DNA of 64,000 nt, from the NCBI GenBank assembly GCA_028826165.1, contig JAPDFW010000147.1:124001-188000 (forward strand), in the 5' to 3' direction. Of this stretch, positions 13,630 to 28,000 are shown in pieces. Below the pieces are notes generated by a model, which did not search any database, had not been told where the DNA came from, and was given only the letters and a program-made list of their open reading frames with translations. Positions within the stretch are counted from its first letter, which is position 1. Each line of letters opens with the position of its first letter. The DNA is from Anaeramoeba ignava BMAN (Eukaryota; Protista; Anaeramoebae). A program made the position numbers and the translations under genes.

Positions 13630-14545
13630 TAATTAAAAATATTAATATAATAAATAATATTATTATTTCAATTTAAAATAAAACAATTTTAAATTAAATT
13701 ATTATTAATTATTATTAAAATTAATTATTTATCTTTATTAAAATATTTATTCCACTTTTTTAATATATTTTATTATAATTAAAATTGAAATAATAAATAA
13801 TTAAAAATATTAATATAATAAATAATATTATTATTTCAATTTTAAAATAAAACAATTTTAAATTAAATTATTATTAATTATTATTAAAATTAATTATTTA
13901 TCTTTATTAAAATATTTATTCCACTTTTTAATATATTTTATTATAATTAAAATTAAATTAATAAATAATTAAAAATATTAATATAATAAATAATATTATT
14001 ATTTCAATTTAAAATAAAATTAATTCCAAATTAAATTATTATTTATTATTATTAAAATTAATTATTTATCTTTATTAAAATATTTATTCCACTTTTTGAT
14101 ATATTTTATTATAATTAAAATTGAATTAATAAATAATCCAAAAATATTAATATAATAAATAATATTATTATTTCAATTTAAAATAAAACAATTTTAAATT
14201 AAATTATTATTAATTATTATTTAAATTTTTAAATAAATTTATTAAAATATTTATTCCACTTTTTGATATATTTTATTATAATTAAAATTGAAATAATAAA
14301 TAATCCAAAATATTAATATAATAAATAATATTATTATTTCAATTTAAAATAAAACATTTTTAAATTAATTTATTATTAATTATTATTAAAATTAATTATT
14401 TATCTTTATTAAAATATTTATTCCACTTTTTTAATATATTTTATTATAATTAAAATTAAAATAATAAATAATTAAAAATATTAATATAATAAATAATATC
14501 ATTATTTCAATTTAAAATAAAATAATTTTAAATTAAATTATTATT
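13630..14545. repeat. ~167-bp AT-rich satellite, about 5.5 copies, downstream of the BTB-TLDc gene
   Basis: TATTCCACTTTT marker at ~13751, 13920, 14088, 14255, 14422. Confidence 0.85.
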
Positions 14546-14608
14546 AAATTAAATTTAAATTAAATTAAAAATTAAAAGGATTTGAATCATTTTTATTGAT
14601 TAAAAAAC

Positions 14609-17600
14609 TTAGGCTTTGGTTGTTTTATTTCCTCCAAAAGAAAAACTATTTAGAAATAACCCTTTTTGAGTTGTGTTAGCAAACATAATAAACTCTTTAC
14701 CTTTCTTATGTTGCAATTTAATAACTTTCTCATCATCTTTCAATGGAATCACTTTTGTTTTTAAATCAACTAAATCGATAATTAAAGTTTTCTTATTTGT
14801 CACAATTTGAATATTTTTGGGATTAATCCAAATTACACCTTCTTCAACTTTCTCCCTTTTCTTATTCAACACAAAAATATCAAATTCATGTGGTCTTTGT
14901 TGATGAAGAGATTCTTGTTGTTTCATTTTGGAAAAGAGCTGAGAAACAAAGATCTGGAATTTCGCATGAAATTTTGTTCTTTGTTCTTCATTTGGAAAAG
15001 AAACGATAACTTTTTGATTCTTTTTTTTCGGTCCGTATTTTATTGTTAGAATATTATTCTTTTTTTGATCTAGCAAAACCTCAACTTGCGGACTGAATTC
15101 AATTTCAAGTTCCTTTTTCTGTGTTGACAAGCGTAGATAATCTGTGTGGAATAGCACAAAACCTTTGTCGATTACATTAGAATTGTCGTTCAAAATTTGA
15201 ATATCAAAAGTTTCGGATTTCTTGTTTAAATCGTTTTGGGAATCCATTTTGTCCTGGAAAATTTGCTTTTGAATTGTTAAAAATCGCACAAATTCGTTTT
15301 TTGTTTTTTCGTCACTAAACTCAATTTGGAAAGAATCACTTTTTCTCCAAACAATTTTAATCAAACGGAGATTATTTGTGTTGATCGCGATTTCAAAGTT
15401 ATTCTCGAAAGAGTATTGGATTTTTTGTGTTGGAAATTGGATCAGAACTTCCTTTTCATCAACAATAATTTTGGCGCTAATAAATTTCTTTTGTGGAATT
15501 GAATTTTGATCATGACTTTGCTTCTCATCCATGATTGAGACCTCGAACTCTTTGAATTGAGGATAAGACCTATCAGAAACTAAGTCTATGTTCTGGTCTC
15601 TTTTTTGTAAATTGTGATCCAAATTATTATTATTGTTGTTGTTCAAATTCTTATTGGTATTTTCGTTATTTGCATTGATTTCATTATCCTGTTCTTCTGT
15701 TTCAGAACTATCTTCATCAACATCCGATTCATAACCTTCTTTCAGTTGGAATTTCTTTAAAATGGTATTTTGGAAATGAGTGAAATTTCTGATAAACACG
15801 TTTTTGCTGCCTTTTTTTTGAAAAGAAACAATGAAGTTTGTTCTTCCAACAAAATAAACTTGAATCAAACTACTGTTTGATTTGTGGGAAAAAATTTCAG
15901 TTTCGATCACAGGATTCTGATATTTTTTGGTGTCTGAAATGAAGGAAATATCAGTGGGTCTCAGACATAAAATTGCTGAAGTAGGTGATTCTTGATTTTG
16001 GTCATACAGGGAGATACGGAAATTCCAAGAAGAGGAACCGAAGAAATCGTTGATATTGCATTGCTGGGCGTATTTAATGAAAAGTTGTTTTTGTTGTTCT
16101 TCGATGAAGGACAGAAGTAGTGATTTTGGTGATGGCAACTGAAGAACAATTTGCGAGCCCTCCTTGTCAAACAAGAAGCATTCATCGAGCTTGTATGTTT
16201 CGATTGTGTTGTCTTCATTTTTGATTGTGAGTCTATGGGGAGTCAGGAAAATACGCGATTTTTGGATCATTGATGCGTCGGGAAATTTCTCAGTAAGAAG
16301 ATTAAAAACAAATGATTTTTGTCCAATAGATTGTGCGAAATAATTGTCGCAATTTGTGTGGAGAAGCTGCTTGAATTCGGATGTTTGAGAAGGGTTTTGA
16401 AGCTGTATTTGCATGTATCCGATCTTGCCCATATCGATTTTGAGAGTGTTTTGGTTTTCCGAAATTGAAAGACTGGGAACAAAATCAAATGCTGCATTAT
16501 CAATAGGACAAGAAGCAGAAATTCCATCAGGAAGAATCCTTATTTTGCCGTAGAAATTTCCTACAGGAGTGATAAATTTGCAGTCAAAAGTGCCGCTAAG
16601 AATTGGGATGTTTTTTTGCAAATCCAGGTATTTTGTTTTGTATGAATCGAAAGCTTTTTGGAAAGAAATGGCCATTTTGGTATTTGGAAAGGAGACAAGA
16701 ACAAACTCAATCTCGTCGATCATGAGTCTGCATTTTTTATTATCAGAAGACTCCAAAACAGTCTTAGAATAATGCGAATAGAAACGCTGAATAAAGAATG
16801 TGGGGAATTTGAAAGAGAAGTGATCGGGATACAATGTGATTTTCCCGACTCCAAGTTTTGATCCATACAAATCATGAACATAAAGAGAAAATTGCACATA
16901 ATCTTCGTGGGAATTTTGTGGAGTATCAGAATCCTTTTGGTCTTGGGCGTTTGCATTTCCATAAAGAAATGTTGTTGGTGTAAGAATTGTTTTGGGGATA
17001 AAGTTGTGGATCGAGGAATCTAGAGAAGGGGAAAGAAGAGGCGAGTTTATAAGAGTTGATCCATCGCGTTTCTGGATAATTTTGTAGTTTGCGAGGTTTT
17101 TAAGAACCTCTCTGCTGATCTCATTTGTGGGGAAGAATCCGGGATGAGCAGCATGTTCGCGATGGGAGCGTGCTTCCTCTCTTCGATCAACAGCAAGCTC
17201 ACTCTGCACAACCTCTTCGTAATCCATACTCGAGAAAACTTGTTTGTATCTGAACTGCAACATGTCGAAGCAGCTGAGGGTTGTGGAAAGGAGAGTGCGT
17301 TGCCGAGAAGAGTTGCACACAATCAAAAGCGCATGTCCAGTGTCGATGCGCTCAATTGTGATTTTCAGGAGATTGTTGTGCTTGGAATGCGGCTGTATGT
17401 TGAGCAGGCCGTTATCTAAAGGCACAAATATTTGCGGTTCATTTTCCGCATAAATTGTAATTTGATTGCGATCCAATTTCAAAATTGCGACGACTGGATC
17501 GGATAAATTCTTCATCATTTTAACAGCAAAAGTAGCCTCGTTTTTCGACCAGCAACGAAGAGCTACTGCCATTGCTTCATGCGATTCCCCAAGCACATCT

Positions 17601-19372
17601 CCTCCAATCTCAAACGCTTCGGGGAAACTACCCGGATATTTCCGAAATAGATTGTATGTTTTCCAAAAAATAAAGCCTCTGATATTGCTTAAGAATTCCA
17701 AATAACATATAAATTTGCCATCAATTACTAATTCAAATTGCGCCAGATTTTCTGGGTTGATCAAAAGCTTGTGGTTCTTGTTTGTGTGCTTTAGAAGGAT
17801 TTTTGCTGTTCCAATCAATTGAATATGCAAAAAATACGTTGTTAATCTTATTGTTGCTGTTTGTGTTTGAGTTTCGCGATAAATTTGGACATCGAACTCT
17901 TGGAATCCTGTTGCGAAATTTGCTTGTATTGTTTGGACCCATTCGTATCCCATTTTTTTGGATTCTTCTTCGTTGATTTCTGGTTGGAATTCTATTAGTG
18001 ACATTTCGCCAACTTTTTTTGCGTGTTGTTTTTCTTCTAATCCGAGTTTTTGAGGAAGTGGATAGTCTTGTTTTATTGACATTTCTATGAAGTTTGGGAT
18101 GAAATAGGATATGAGAATTTTGTCTAAAGGATTATTGAATTCAACGATTATATTCTGTTGTTCCTGGAAATTGATCAATATTTCCAAGTTTTCCAAGTCT
18201 GTATTAATCTAATTTTTTGAATTTTATATAAATTATTTATAAATTATTTATAAATTAAATTTGTTTTACATCTTCTAATTGATCAATCTTTTGACTCAAC
18301 TTTTCCTGTTTTGATTGCAACCAAATTTCATAATTAAATAATAACAATATTCCAGGAAAATTTGGATCATCATAATTCCTTCCAGATCCAAAAAGAACAT
18401 TAAAACTAAGAGGAACTTGAAAAAATAGAGACCTAGCAAGCACATCAACAATTCTTAAAGAAGTTGATGGATATTTTTCAAGCAAAATTTGGCACAAATT
18501 ACAAACATTTTCATTTTCATTTTCATTTTCAATTTCAATTTCAATTTCATGATTTCGATCATTTTCTATATTTTCTTCGGAAAAATCAATAAGATTGCGA
18601 AACGCATCAGAATCTCGAAGACTTTGAAACCTTTTTGTGGCGTAAATCTTGTTTGTATTAGTATCTTGATATTCGATCCAAAGTAGAACTTGATTCAAAC
18701 TTAGCAAGTCGACAATTTCTAGTTCATCTTCTAATTTTTGATTTAAAGAAGCATGAACGAAATTTCTAAATTCTTGAGAGTCAATAATAGATTCGAACCC
18801 ACTTGAGGTATAATAGCAAGTAACTTGGGTTTTTTGGAGAGAAATGTCCGCACTCAAAATAAAAGCTGCCCTTATTCCATCAACAACGCTGACTTGTTGT
18901 TTTATAAAAGTGAATTTTTCGGGATAAATCATGTTCTTTTCCATTAATTTTTTCTCATAAATTGTGCGAATCTCTTGAATTAAAATATGCACTGGCTCGT
19001 AATTCTTGTTTTGGATAATCTCGTCTGGTTTCAACCGAAAACTCTCGGGTATTCCACACAAATGACTATATCGATTTAATCTTTTGATGTTTGAAATTGC
19101 ATCGTTTCTTTTTTATCACAAAGAAAAATAAAGATTGAGAAGAAAAAATGATTGTTAGATCAGCATAAAAATCATCTTCATGATTTCTTCTCTTTTTTTT
19201 GTAATTATTTGTTTGTTATGTTTATAGCTTACTTTTCTTTTTTTGATGAAGGAAGATATGGAAATAATGTCTCAATAGTTTCACATAATTTTTGTGTTAA
19301 TTCTTCAATTTTGATTTGTGAATTAATTTCTTTATGTAAAACTGAACTAATCCATAAATATAATTGATCCAT
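14609..19372 (-). CDS. Large hypothetical protein with an N-terminal calponin-homology-like domain and repeated PH-like modules; exons ~19372-19233, ~19107-18270, 18208-14609
   Basis: LYLWISSVL..LCETIETLFP..NIKRLNRYSHLCGIPESFRLKPDEIIQNKNYEPVHILI resembles a CH fold; repeated beta-rich units ending in an 'F...E..K..F' helix; GT-AG joins link the two long ORFs. Confidence 0.6.
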
Positions 19373-19499
19373 TTAAACAAAAAAAAAGAATGAAAGAAAA
19401 AAAATGAAAGAAAAAAAAAATGAAAAAAAATTTTTTTCATTAATTTATTTTAAAAATGAATTTGTTTTTTTTTTGACATTAACTTTTTCTTTTCCATTT

Positions 19500-22400
19500 T
19501 CAAATTTTTTTATTCTTTTCTAATTCATTTTGTTGTAAAATTGATTTGGCTTTTTCAATTTGAAGAAAAAGTTGATTATTTTTTTGTGTTAAAGTTTCAA
19601 CTTGTTTATTTTCTTGTTGAAGAATATTTTGTCTTTTTTCCAAAATTTTTGAAAGAGATTTTTTTTGATTTGCAAAAAAATTATCTCTTTTTATTTTTTG
19701 GATTGTCAAATGTATTTTTGTTTGATTATAAAAACTGAAAACTTGTTGAAAACAACCTTCAAGTTCATTACATAATTTTTTAAATTTAGTGAATTTTTTA
19801 GAATTTTTTGAAAGATTTAAAATTTTGGAGCAATAATTTCTAGCTTGTGATTCTTTTTAAAATTAAAATTTTAAATTTAAAATTTAAAATTAAAATTAAA
19901 ATTAAAATTAAAATTAAAATTAAAATTTAAATTTAAATTAAAATTAAAATTAAAATTAAAATTTAAAATTTAAAATTAAAATTAAAATTAAAATTTAAAA
20001 TTAAAATTAAAATTAAAATTTAAATATTTAAATATTTGAAATAAACTTATTTTACCAAAATGTCTTTCTTCAGTTGAATTTTGTGATTCTATTTGTGAAA
20101 TAACAAATTGTTTTTTTGATTTTTGATTTGAATTTGAAAGAAAATTATCAAAATTTTTGGTTTCATTTGGAAAATAATTAAATAATGATTGACGAGAAAA
20201 AACAAAAGAATTATTTGGAGGCCATGCTGTAGAATCTTGTGTAACTTTTTGAATTAAAGCTTGACTATATAATCTACCACCATAAGTAATAAAAGATATT
20301 TCAACAGAAGATAAAAATTGTTCTTCGTTTATTGTTTGAAAAACCCAACGAAATTTAAAATTTCCTCGTCTTTTTTTATTAAATATAAAATTAATTATCA
20401 AATTAATTATAAAATTATTTATAAAATTAATTATAAAATTTAATTATAAAATTAATTATAAAATTTATTATAAAATTATTTATAAAATTTATTATCAAAT
20501 TTATTATAAAATTTATTATAAAATTTATTATAAAATTTATTATAAAATTAATTATAAAATTTATTATAAAATTAATTATAAAATTAAATATAAAATTTAT
20601 TATAAAATTAATTATAAAATTAATTATAAAATTTATTTATAAAATTATATTAAAATTATTTATAAAATTTATTATAAAATTTATTTATAAAAATTTTATC
20701 AAATTTATTATAAAATTTATTATATAAAAAATTATAAAATTTATTATAAAATTTATTATAAAAATTTAAAATTAATTATAAAATTTATATAAAATTTATA
20801 AAATTATAAAATTAATTATATTATAAAATTTATTATAAAATTTTTATTAAAAATTTATTATAAAATTAATTATAAAATTAATTATAAAATTTATTATAAA
20901 ATTATTTATAAAAATTTATAAAATTATTTATAAAATTAATTATAAAATTAATTTATTATAAAATTAATTATAAAATTTATTATAAAATTTATTATAAAAA
21001 TTTATTATAAAATTTATTATAAAAAAAATTTATTATTATAAAAATTATAAAATTATTTATAAAAAATTATAAAATTTATTATAAAAAAATTAAAATTTAT
21101 TATAAAATTTATTATAAAATTAATTATAAAATTTATTATAAAATTTATTATAAAAAATTATTATAAAATTATTTATAAAAAATTAAATATAAAATTAATT
21201 ATAAAAAAATTTATATATATAAAAAATTATAAAATTATAAAATTTATTATAAAATTTATTATAAAATTTTATAAAATTATAAAATTAATTATAAAATTAA
21301 TTATAAAAATTTAAAATTATAAAATTTATTATAAAATTTATTATAAAATTAATTATAAAATTAATTATAAAAATATAAAATTTATTATAAAATTAAATTA
21401 AAATTAATTATAAAATTAATATATAAAATTTAATTATTATAAAATTATTTATAAAATTTATTATAAAATTATATTATAAAAAAATTTATTATAAAATTTT
21501 TATAAAATTATTTATAAAAATTATATTATAAAATTATTTATAAAATTAATTATAAAATAAAATTTATTATAAAATTTTTTATTATAAAATTTATTATATT
21601 ATAAAATTTATTATAAAATTTATTATAAAATTTATTATAAAATTTATTATAAAATTTATTATAAAATTTATTAAATTTATTATAAAATTTATTTATAAAA
21701 TTAATTTAAAAAATTATAAAATTATTTATAAAATTTATTATAAAATTTATTATAAAAATAAAATTTATTATAAAAATTATAAAAAAATTATAAAAATTTA
21801 AAAATTATAAAAAAATTATATTATAAAATTTATTATAAAATTAATTATAAAATTTATTTAAAAATTATAAAATTTATTATAAAATTTATTTATAAAATTA
21901 TTTATAAAAATTTATTTATAAAAAATTATAAAATTTATATAAAATTTATTATAAAATTTATTATAAAAATTTAATTATAAAAATTTAATTATAAAATTTA
22001 TTATAAAATTTATTATAAAATTTATTATAAAATTTATTATAAAATTTATTATAAAATTATTATTATAAAATTAATTATAAAAATTATTTATTATAAAATT
22101 ATTATAAATTAATTATAAAATTAAAATTATAAAATTAATTATAAAATTTATTATAAAATTTATTATAAAATTAATTATAAAATTTATTATAAAATTTATT
22201 AAAATTTATTTAAAATTTATTATAAAAATTATTAAAATTTATTATAAAATTTATTATAAAATTTATTATAAAATTTATTATAAAATTTAAAATTTATTAT
22301 AAAAATTATTATAAAATTAATTATTATTATAAAATTTATTATAAAATTTATTATAAAATTAATTATATATTTAATTATAAAATTAATTATAAAAAATTTA

Positions 22401-22933
22401 TTATATAAAAAATTTATTTTATAAAATTTATTTATATAAAAATTATAAAATTTATAAAATTAATTATAAAAAATTTATTATAAAATTAATTATAAAATTT
22501 ATTATAAAATTTATTATAAAATTAATTATAAAATTTATTATAAAATTAATTATAAAATTTATTATAAAATTAATTATAAAATTTATTATAAAATTTATTA
22601 TAAAATTTATTATAAAATTAATTATAAAATTTATTATAAATTTAATATAGTTTTTGGAATTTACTCTTGAAAAAGGGAACGAATAATAAGATCAGCATCG
22701 AAAGCTTTCATTCCAAAATTTGGTTGAAAATTAGCTGAAAGTTGCCAAGGTTCTTTTCCAATTAAATCTTTAGGTGATTCAGCTCCAAAAAGATGAAGAA
22801 AAAAATCATTTGCACTTATTAAAGAAAATGAACCACTTGGTTCCCAAATTGCAACTGCTGTGTCTTTTTTTCCCATTCTTTCAAGATATTTCCTAAAAAC
22901 TTTGTGACTAGGTTTTGTAGAAGGAACTCCCAT
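19500..22933 (-). CDS. PAS-domain protein with C-terminal coiled coil; exons ~22933-22665, ~20369-20056, 19852-19500
   Basis: AVAIWE..ISANDFFLHLFGAESPKDLIGKEPWQLS..FRWVFQTINEEQFLSSVEISFI..SQALIQKV matches a PAS/PAC pattern. Confidence 0.75.
20380..22645. repeat. Intronic 12-nt tandem repeat (ATAAAATTTATT)n, ~2.3 kb
   Basis: Almost pure A/T periodic array inside the PAS gene intron. Confidence 0.9.
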
Positions 22934-23202
22934 TATTTAAATAAAATAAGAAAATAAAAGTAAAAAAAAAATGAAAAAAAAAATGAATTTTACAAATAAA
23001 TCTAAAATAAAAAATAAATAATTTTGAATAAACCAATTATAAATTAAAAAAAGCAAATTTTTTTCACTTTTTTTTTCTTATCTTATTTTAAAAATAAAAA
23101 TAACAAAAAAAACAATAAAAAAACCAAAGTTTCTTTTTTAAATTATTAATCAAAAAAAAAAAGAAAAAAGAAAAAAAAAAGAAAAAAAATTGAAAAAATT
23201 AT

Positions 23203-24480
23203 TTAATTATCACTTCCTTCACCACTATCAGAATTAGATTGAGTTTTGGTTTTTTTAGTTTCTTGTTCTATTGGAAAGTCTTCATCAATATTCTTTTTTG
23301 TTTTTTTTGGTGATTGTTTTTGTTCTTTGATCGATTTTAATTTTGAGAAAAATTTCGGAAAAAAAAATTTTTTGTTTTTGAAAGATTTAAAAATTAAATT
23401 TGAAATTGAATTTAAAATTAAAATTGAAATTGAAATTGAAATTGAAATTGAAATTGAAATTGAATTTGAATTTGAAATTGAATTTGAAATTGAATTTAAA
23501 TTTAAAATTGAAATTGAAATTGAAATTGAAATTGAATTTGAATTTAAAATTAAAATTGGAATTGAAATTGAAATTGAAATTAAAATTAAATTTGAAATTG
23601 AAATTAAAATTGAAATTGAAATTAAAATTGGAATTTAAAATTGAAATTAAAATTGAAATTGAAATTGAAATTAAATTTAAAATTGAAATTGAATTTGAAT
23701 TTGAAATTGAAATTGAAATTGAAATTGAATTTAAATTTGAAATTGAAATTGAAATTGAAATTGAAATTGAAATTGAAATTGAAATTGAATTAATTTTATA
23801 TTCATTTCATTTTCATTTTTAATTGAAATTGAATTTGAAATTGAATTAATTTTATATTCATTTCATTTTCATTTTTAATTTTATATTCATGTCATTTTTA
23901 TATTCATTTTCATTTTTAATTTTATATTCATTTCATTTTTAATTTAAATTTCATTTCCATTTTTAATTTAAATTTCAATTTAATTTTGATTTGATTAATT
24001 ACTCAATTCAAAATTTAATTCATCACTATTTTTCTCTTGAAAAGATTGAGGAATAATAGAATCAGATAATTCTTGATAATTAGATTCTGAATTATTATTT
24101 TGATCAAAAGGAGATTTTTCGAAATTGGATTGAGTATTTGAAATAAAAACCATTTTCCCTCTTCTATAAGGTTTCAAAAGAGCTAAATCATTTCTAACAG
24201 CCCAAGTACGAAAAGCACGGCGAATACAATCAATTTTTTGATGGGAAATGATATTTTGAATCCGAAAAAATTTTGAACCAATTACTAATTTTTCATCCGA
24301 TTGAAGAAAAAAATTTTTTGAACCTCTTTCACTTGGAAAAGGTAACGTTTCCTTATTCTTTTTAATAAAAATTAAATTGGTTCCATATATTTTTGCAAAA
24401 CAACATAACCGCCACCACATTTTTGTTTGTCCGGGTTCTTTTCTTGCTAATTCCGATTGTAATAATATTAATTTTTGCAT
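23203..24480 (-). CDS. Hypothetical protein; exons 24480-24003 and 23324-23203
   Basis: 161-aa ORF with complex basic N-terminal region; phase-1 donor at 24002 fits the AG at 23326-23325, giving ...KQKQSPKKTKKNIDEDFP...GEGSDN*. Confidence 0.55.
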
Positions 24481-25075
24481 TTTATTTTTTTTAAATTTTT
24501 TGAATTTAAAATTTTTTTTTTGTTTTTAATTGTTTTTAATTAAAAAAATTTTTGATCCGAAAAGCGAAAAATGAAAAAAAAACTTTAAAAAAATAATTTT
24601 TTGTAATTTGTTTCTTGCTAATTTTGTTCTTTTTCTTTTTTAAATTCATTTTAGTTAAATTTTATAAATTATTTATTATTCAATTCTTTTTATTTTCTTT
24701 TTAAAAAAATTTATTTCCGATTTTTCTTTTTTTTAATTATTTTTTTATTTAAAAAAATTTTTTTTTTTTGCTTTTTTTATTTAAAATTTTAAAATTAAAA
24801 TTAATAAAAAAAATTAAATTTCGATCATAAAAATTATTATAAAATTATTTTTTTAAATTTATTTTTAAATTTAATTTTCTTTAATTTAATTGAATTTCTT
24901 GATTAAAATTTTAATTAAATTAAAAAGGAGAAAAAAAAAAATCAAATAAATTTTTTTTTCAATTTTCTCCTTTTTTTTTTCATTTTTTTCTTTTTCTAAT
25001 AATTTACATTTTTAATCTTTAATCTTTAATCTTTATTCTTCATTCTTTTTTAAACTATTTTATTCTTTTTATTCT

Positions 25076-28000
25076 ATGAGAACATCTGTAATTTTAATTA
25101 ACAAAAAATTTAAATTTAAAAACAAATTTAAAACAATACGAATCAACCATTTTCAATTACAATTACAATTACAAATATAATTATAAATATAAATATAAAT
25201 ATAAATATAATTACAAATATAATTACAAATATAATTATAAATACAATTACAAATATAATTATAAATATAAATATAAACATAAATATAAATATAAATATAA
25301 ATATAAATATAAATATAAATATAAATATAAATATAAATATAAATATAAATATAAATATAAATATAAATAAAAAATATAAATATAAATATAAAATATAAAT
25401 ATAAATATAAATATAAATATAAAATAAATAAATATAAAATATAAATATAAATATAAAATATAAATATAAATATAAATATAAATATAAATATAAAATATAA
25501 ATATAATTATAAATATAAATATAAATATAAATATAAATATAAATATAAATATATAAAATATAAATATAAATATAAATATAAAATAAAAATAAAAATAAAC
25601 ATAAATATAAATATAAAATAAATAAAAATATAAACATAAACATAAAAACATAAAATAAATAAAAATACAAAAAAATAAACATAAATATAAATATAAAATA
25701 AAAATAAAACAAAATATAAAAATAAAATACAAATATAAATATAAACATAAATATAAACATAAACATAAAACATAAAAAAAATATAAACATAAACATAAAA
25801 TATAAAATATAAAATATAAACATAAAATATAAAATATAAACATAAATATAAATATAAATATAAAAATATAAATATAAATATAAAAAAAAAAAATATAAAA
25901 TAAAAAATAAAAATAAACATAAAATAAAAATTATAAAAATATAAATATAATTATAAATATAAATATAAATATAAATATAAATATATAAAATATAAATATA
26001 AATATAAATATATAAAAATATAAATATAAATATAAAATAAATAAAATATAAAATAAATATAAATATAAATATAAATATAAATATAAATATAAATATAAAT
26101 ATAAATATAAATATAAATATAAATATAAATATAAATATAAATATAAATATAAATATAAATCTAAATATAAATATAAATATAAATATAAATATAAATATAA
26201 ATTATATTTAAAATTAAAATTTAAATTAAAAAAAATTAAAAATTAAGAAATCAACTACACGAAGAGATCTGTTACTTTCAATTGAAAAAGAAATTCAAAA
26301 AACATGGGAAGAAAATCATTCATTTGAAATAGATGCACCAACAGAAATTCAAGAAGATAATATAACACAAGATAAAAAGAAATTTTTTGGGACTTTCCCT
26401 TATCCTTATATGAATGGACGTTTACATCTTGGTCATGCATTTACAATTTCTAAAGTTGAATTTGCAGTTAGGTAATTAATTAAAAATTAAATTTAAAATT
26501 AATATCAAAATTAAAATTTAATATACTTTATATATATTTCCTCAATATTTTTAGATTTGAAAGAATGATGGGAAAAAAATCATTATTTCCATTTGCATTT
26601 CATTGTACAGGAATGCCTATAATGTCAAGTGCAACAAAACTTCGAAGAGAAATAGAAAAAAATCAAAATAATCAAAATGAAAATGAAAATGAAAAGAATG
26701 AAAATAATGAAAACAATGAAAATAATGAAAACAATGAAAACAATGAAAATAATCAAAATCAAATTCAAAATCAAAATCAAAATCAAAATCAAAATCAAAA
26801 TCAAAATCAAAATCAAAATCAAAATCAAAATCAAAATCAAAATCAAAATCAAAATCAAATTCAAATTCAAAATCAAAATGAAATTCAACAAGAAAAATTA
26901 AAACCAATTGTTTTTCGTTCAAAAAAAAAGAAACTAAAACAAAAATCAAGAGCATCAAATATTCAATTTCTAAAAGAAATGGGTATTCCTGAAGATGAAA
27001 TCCCACAATTTATTAATCCTGAAAAATGGATTGACTATTTTCCTCCAATTACAAAACAAGATTTAATGAGATTAGGTCTTGCTGTAGATTGGAGAAGATC
27101 TTTTATTACAACAGAAAAAAATCCTTATTATGATAGTTTTGTTCGTTGGCAATTTGAAACTTTAAAAGATTTAAACAAATTACATTTTGGAAAAAGGTTG
27201 ATTTTCAAAATTATTTCATTTATTTTAATTTAAAAATATTTCATTTATTTTAATTTAAAAATATTTCTTTTATTTCAATTTAAAATTATTTCAATTCAAA
27301 ATTATTTCAATTTAAAAAATATTTCATTTATTTTAATTCAAAATTATTTCATTTATTTCAATTTAAAATTATTTTAATTCAATTTAATTTAAAATTATTT
27401 CTTTTATTTCAATTCAAAAATATTTCATTTATTTCAATTTAAAAATATTTCATTAATTTCAATTCAAAATTATTTCATTTATTTAAATTTAAAAATTATT
27501 CCATTTATTTCAATTTAATTTCAATTTAAAATTATTTTAATTTAATTTAATTTAAAAATTATTTCATTTATTTCAATTTAAAAATATTTCATTAATTTCA
27601 ATTCAAAATTATTTCATTTATTTAAATTTAAAAATTATTTCATTTATTTCAATTTAATTTCAATTTAAAATTATTTTAATTCAATTTAATTTAAAATTAT
27701 TTCTTTTATTTCAATTCAAAATTATTTCATTAATTTCAATTCAAAATTATTCCATTTATTTCAATTTAAAAATATTTCATTAATTTAAATTTAATTTCAA
27801 TTTAAAATTATTTCATTTATTTAAATTTAAAAATATTTCATTAATTTCAATTTAAAAATAAAAAAGATATATTATATTTTCTCCAAATGATCAACAACCA
27901 TGCTTAGATCACGACAGATCAACAGGAGAAGGAGTTCTACCACAAGAATATGTACTAATCAAGATGAAGATGCAAAAAATACCTAAATCACTAGAAAAAC

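Noticed and set aside
15900-17980. GC-richer segment with many overlapping short ORFs, possible foreign insert
   Set aside because: It is the interior of one long exon; SMC3 and LeuRS long exons show a similar GC rise, and the short ORFs are shadows
23246-23822. IEIEIE / KLKLKL ORFs
   Set aside because: Hexamer repeat within an intron of the opposite-strand gene
25143-25920. Long F/I/Y/L-rich ORFs on the minus strand
   Set aside because: Translations of the (ATATAA)n intron microsatellite in LeuRS
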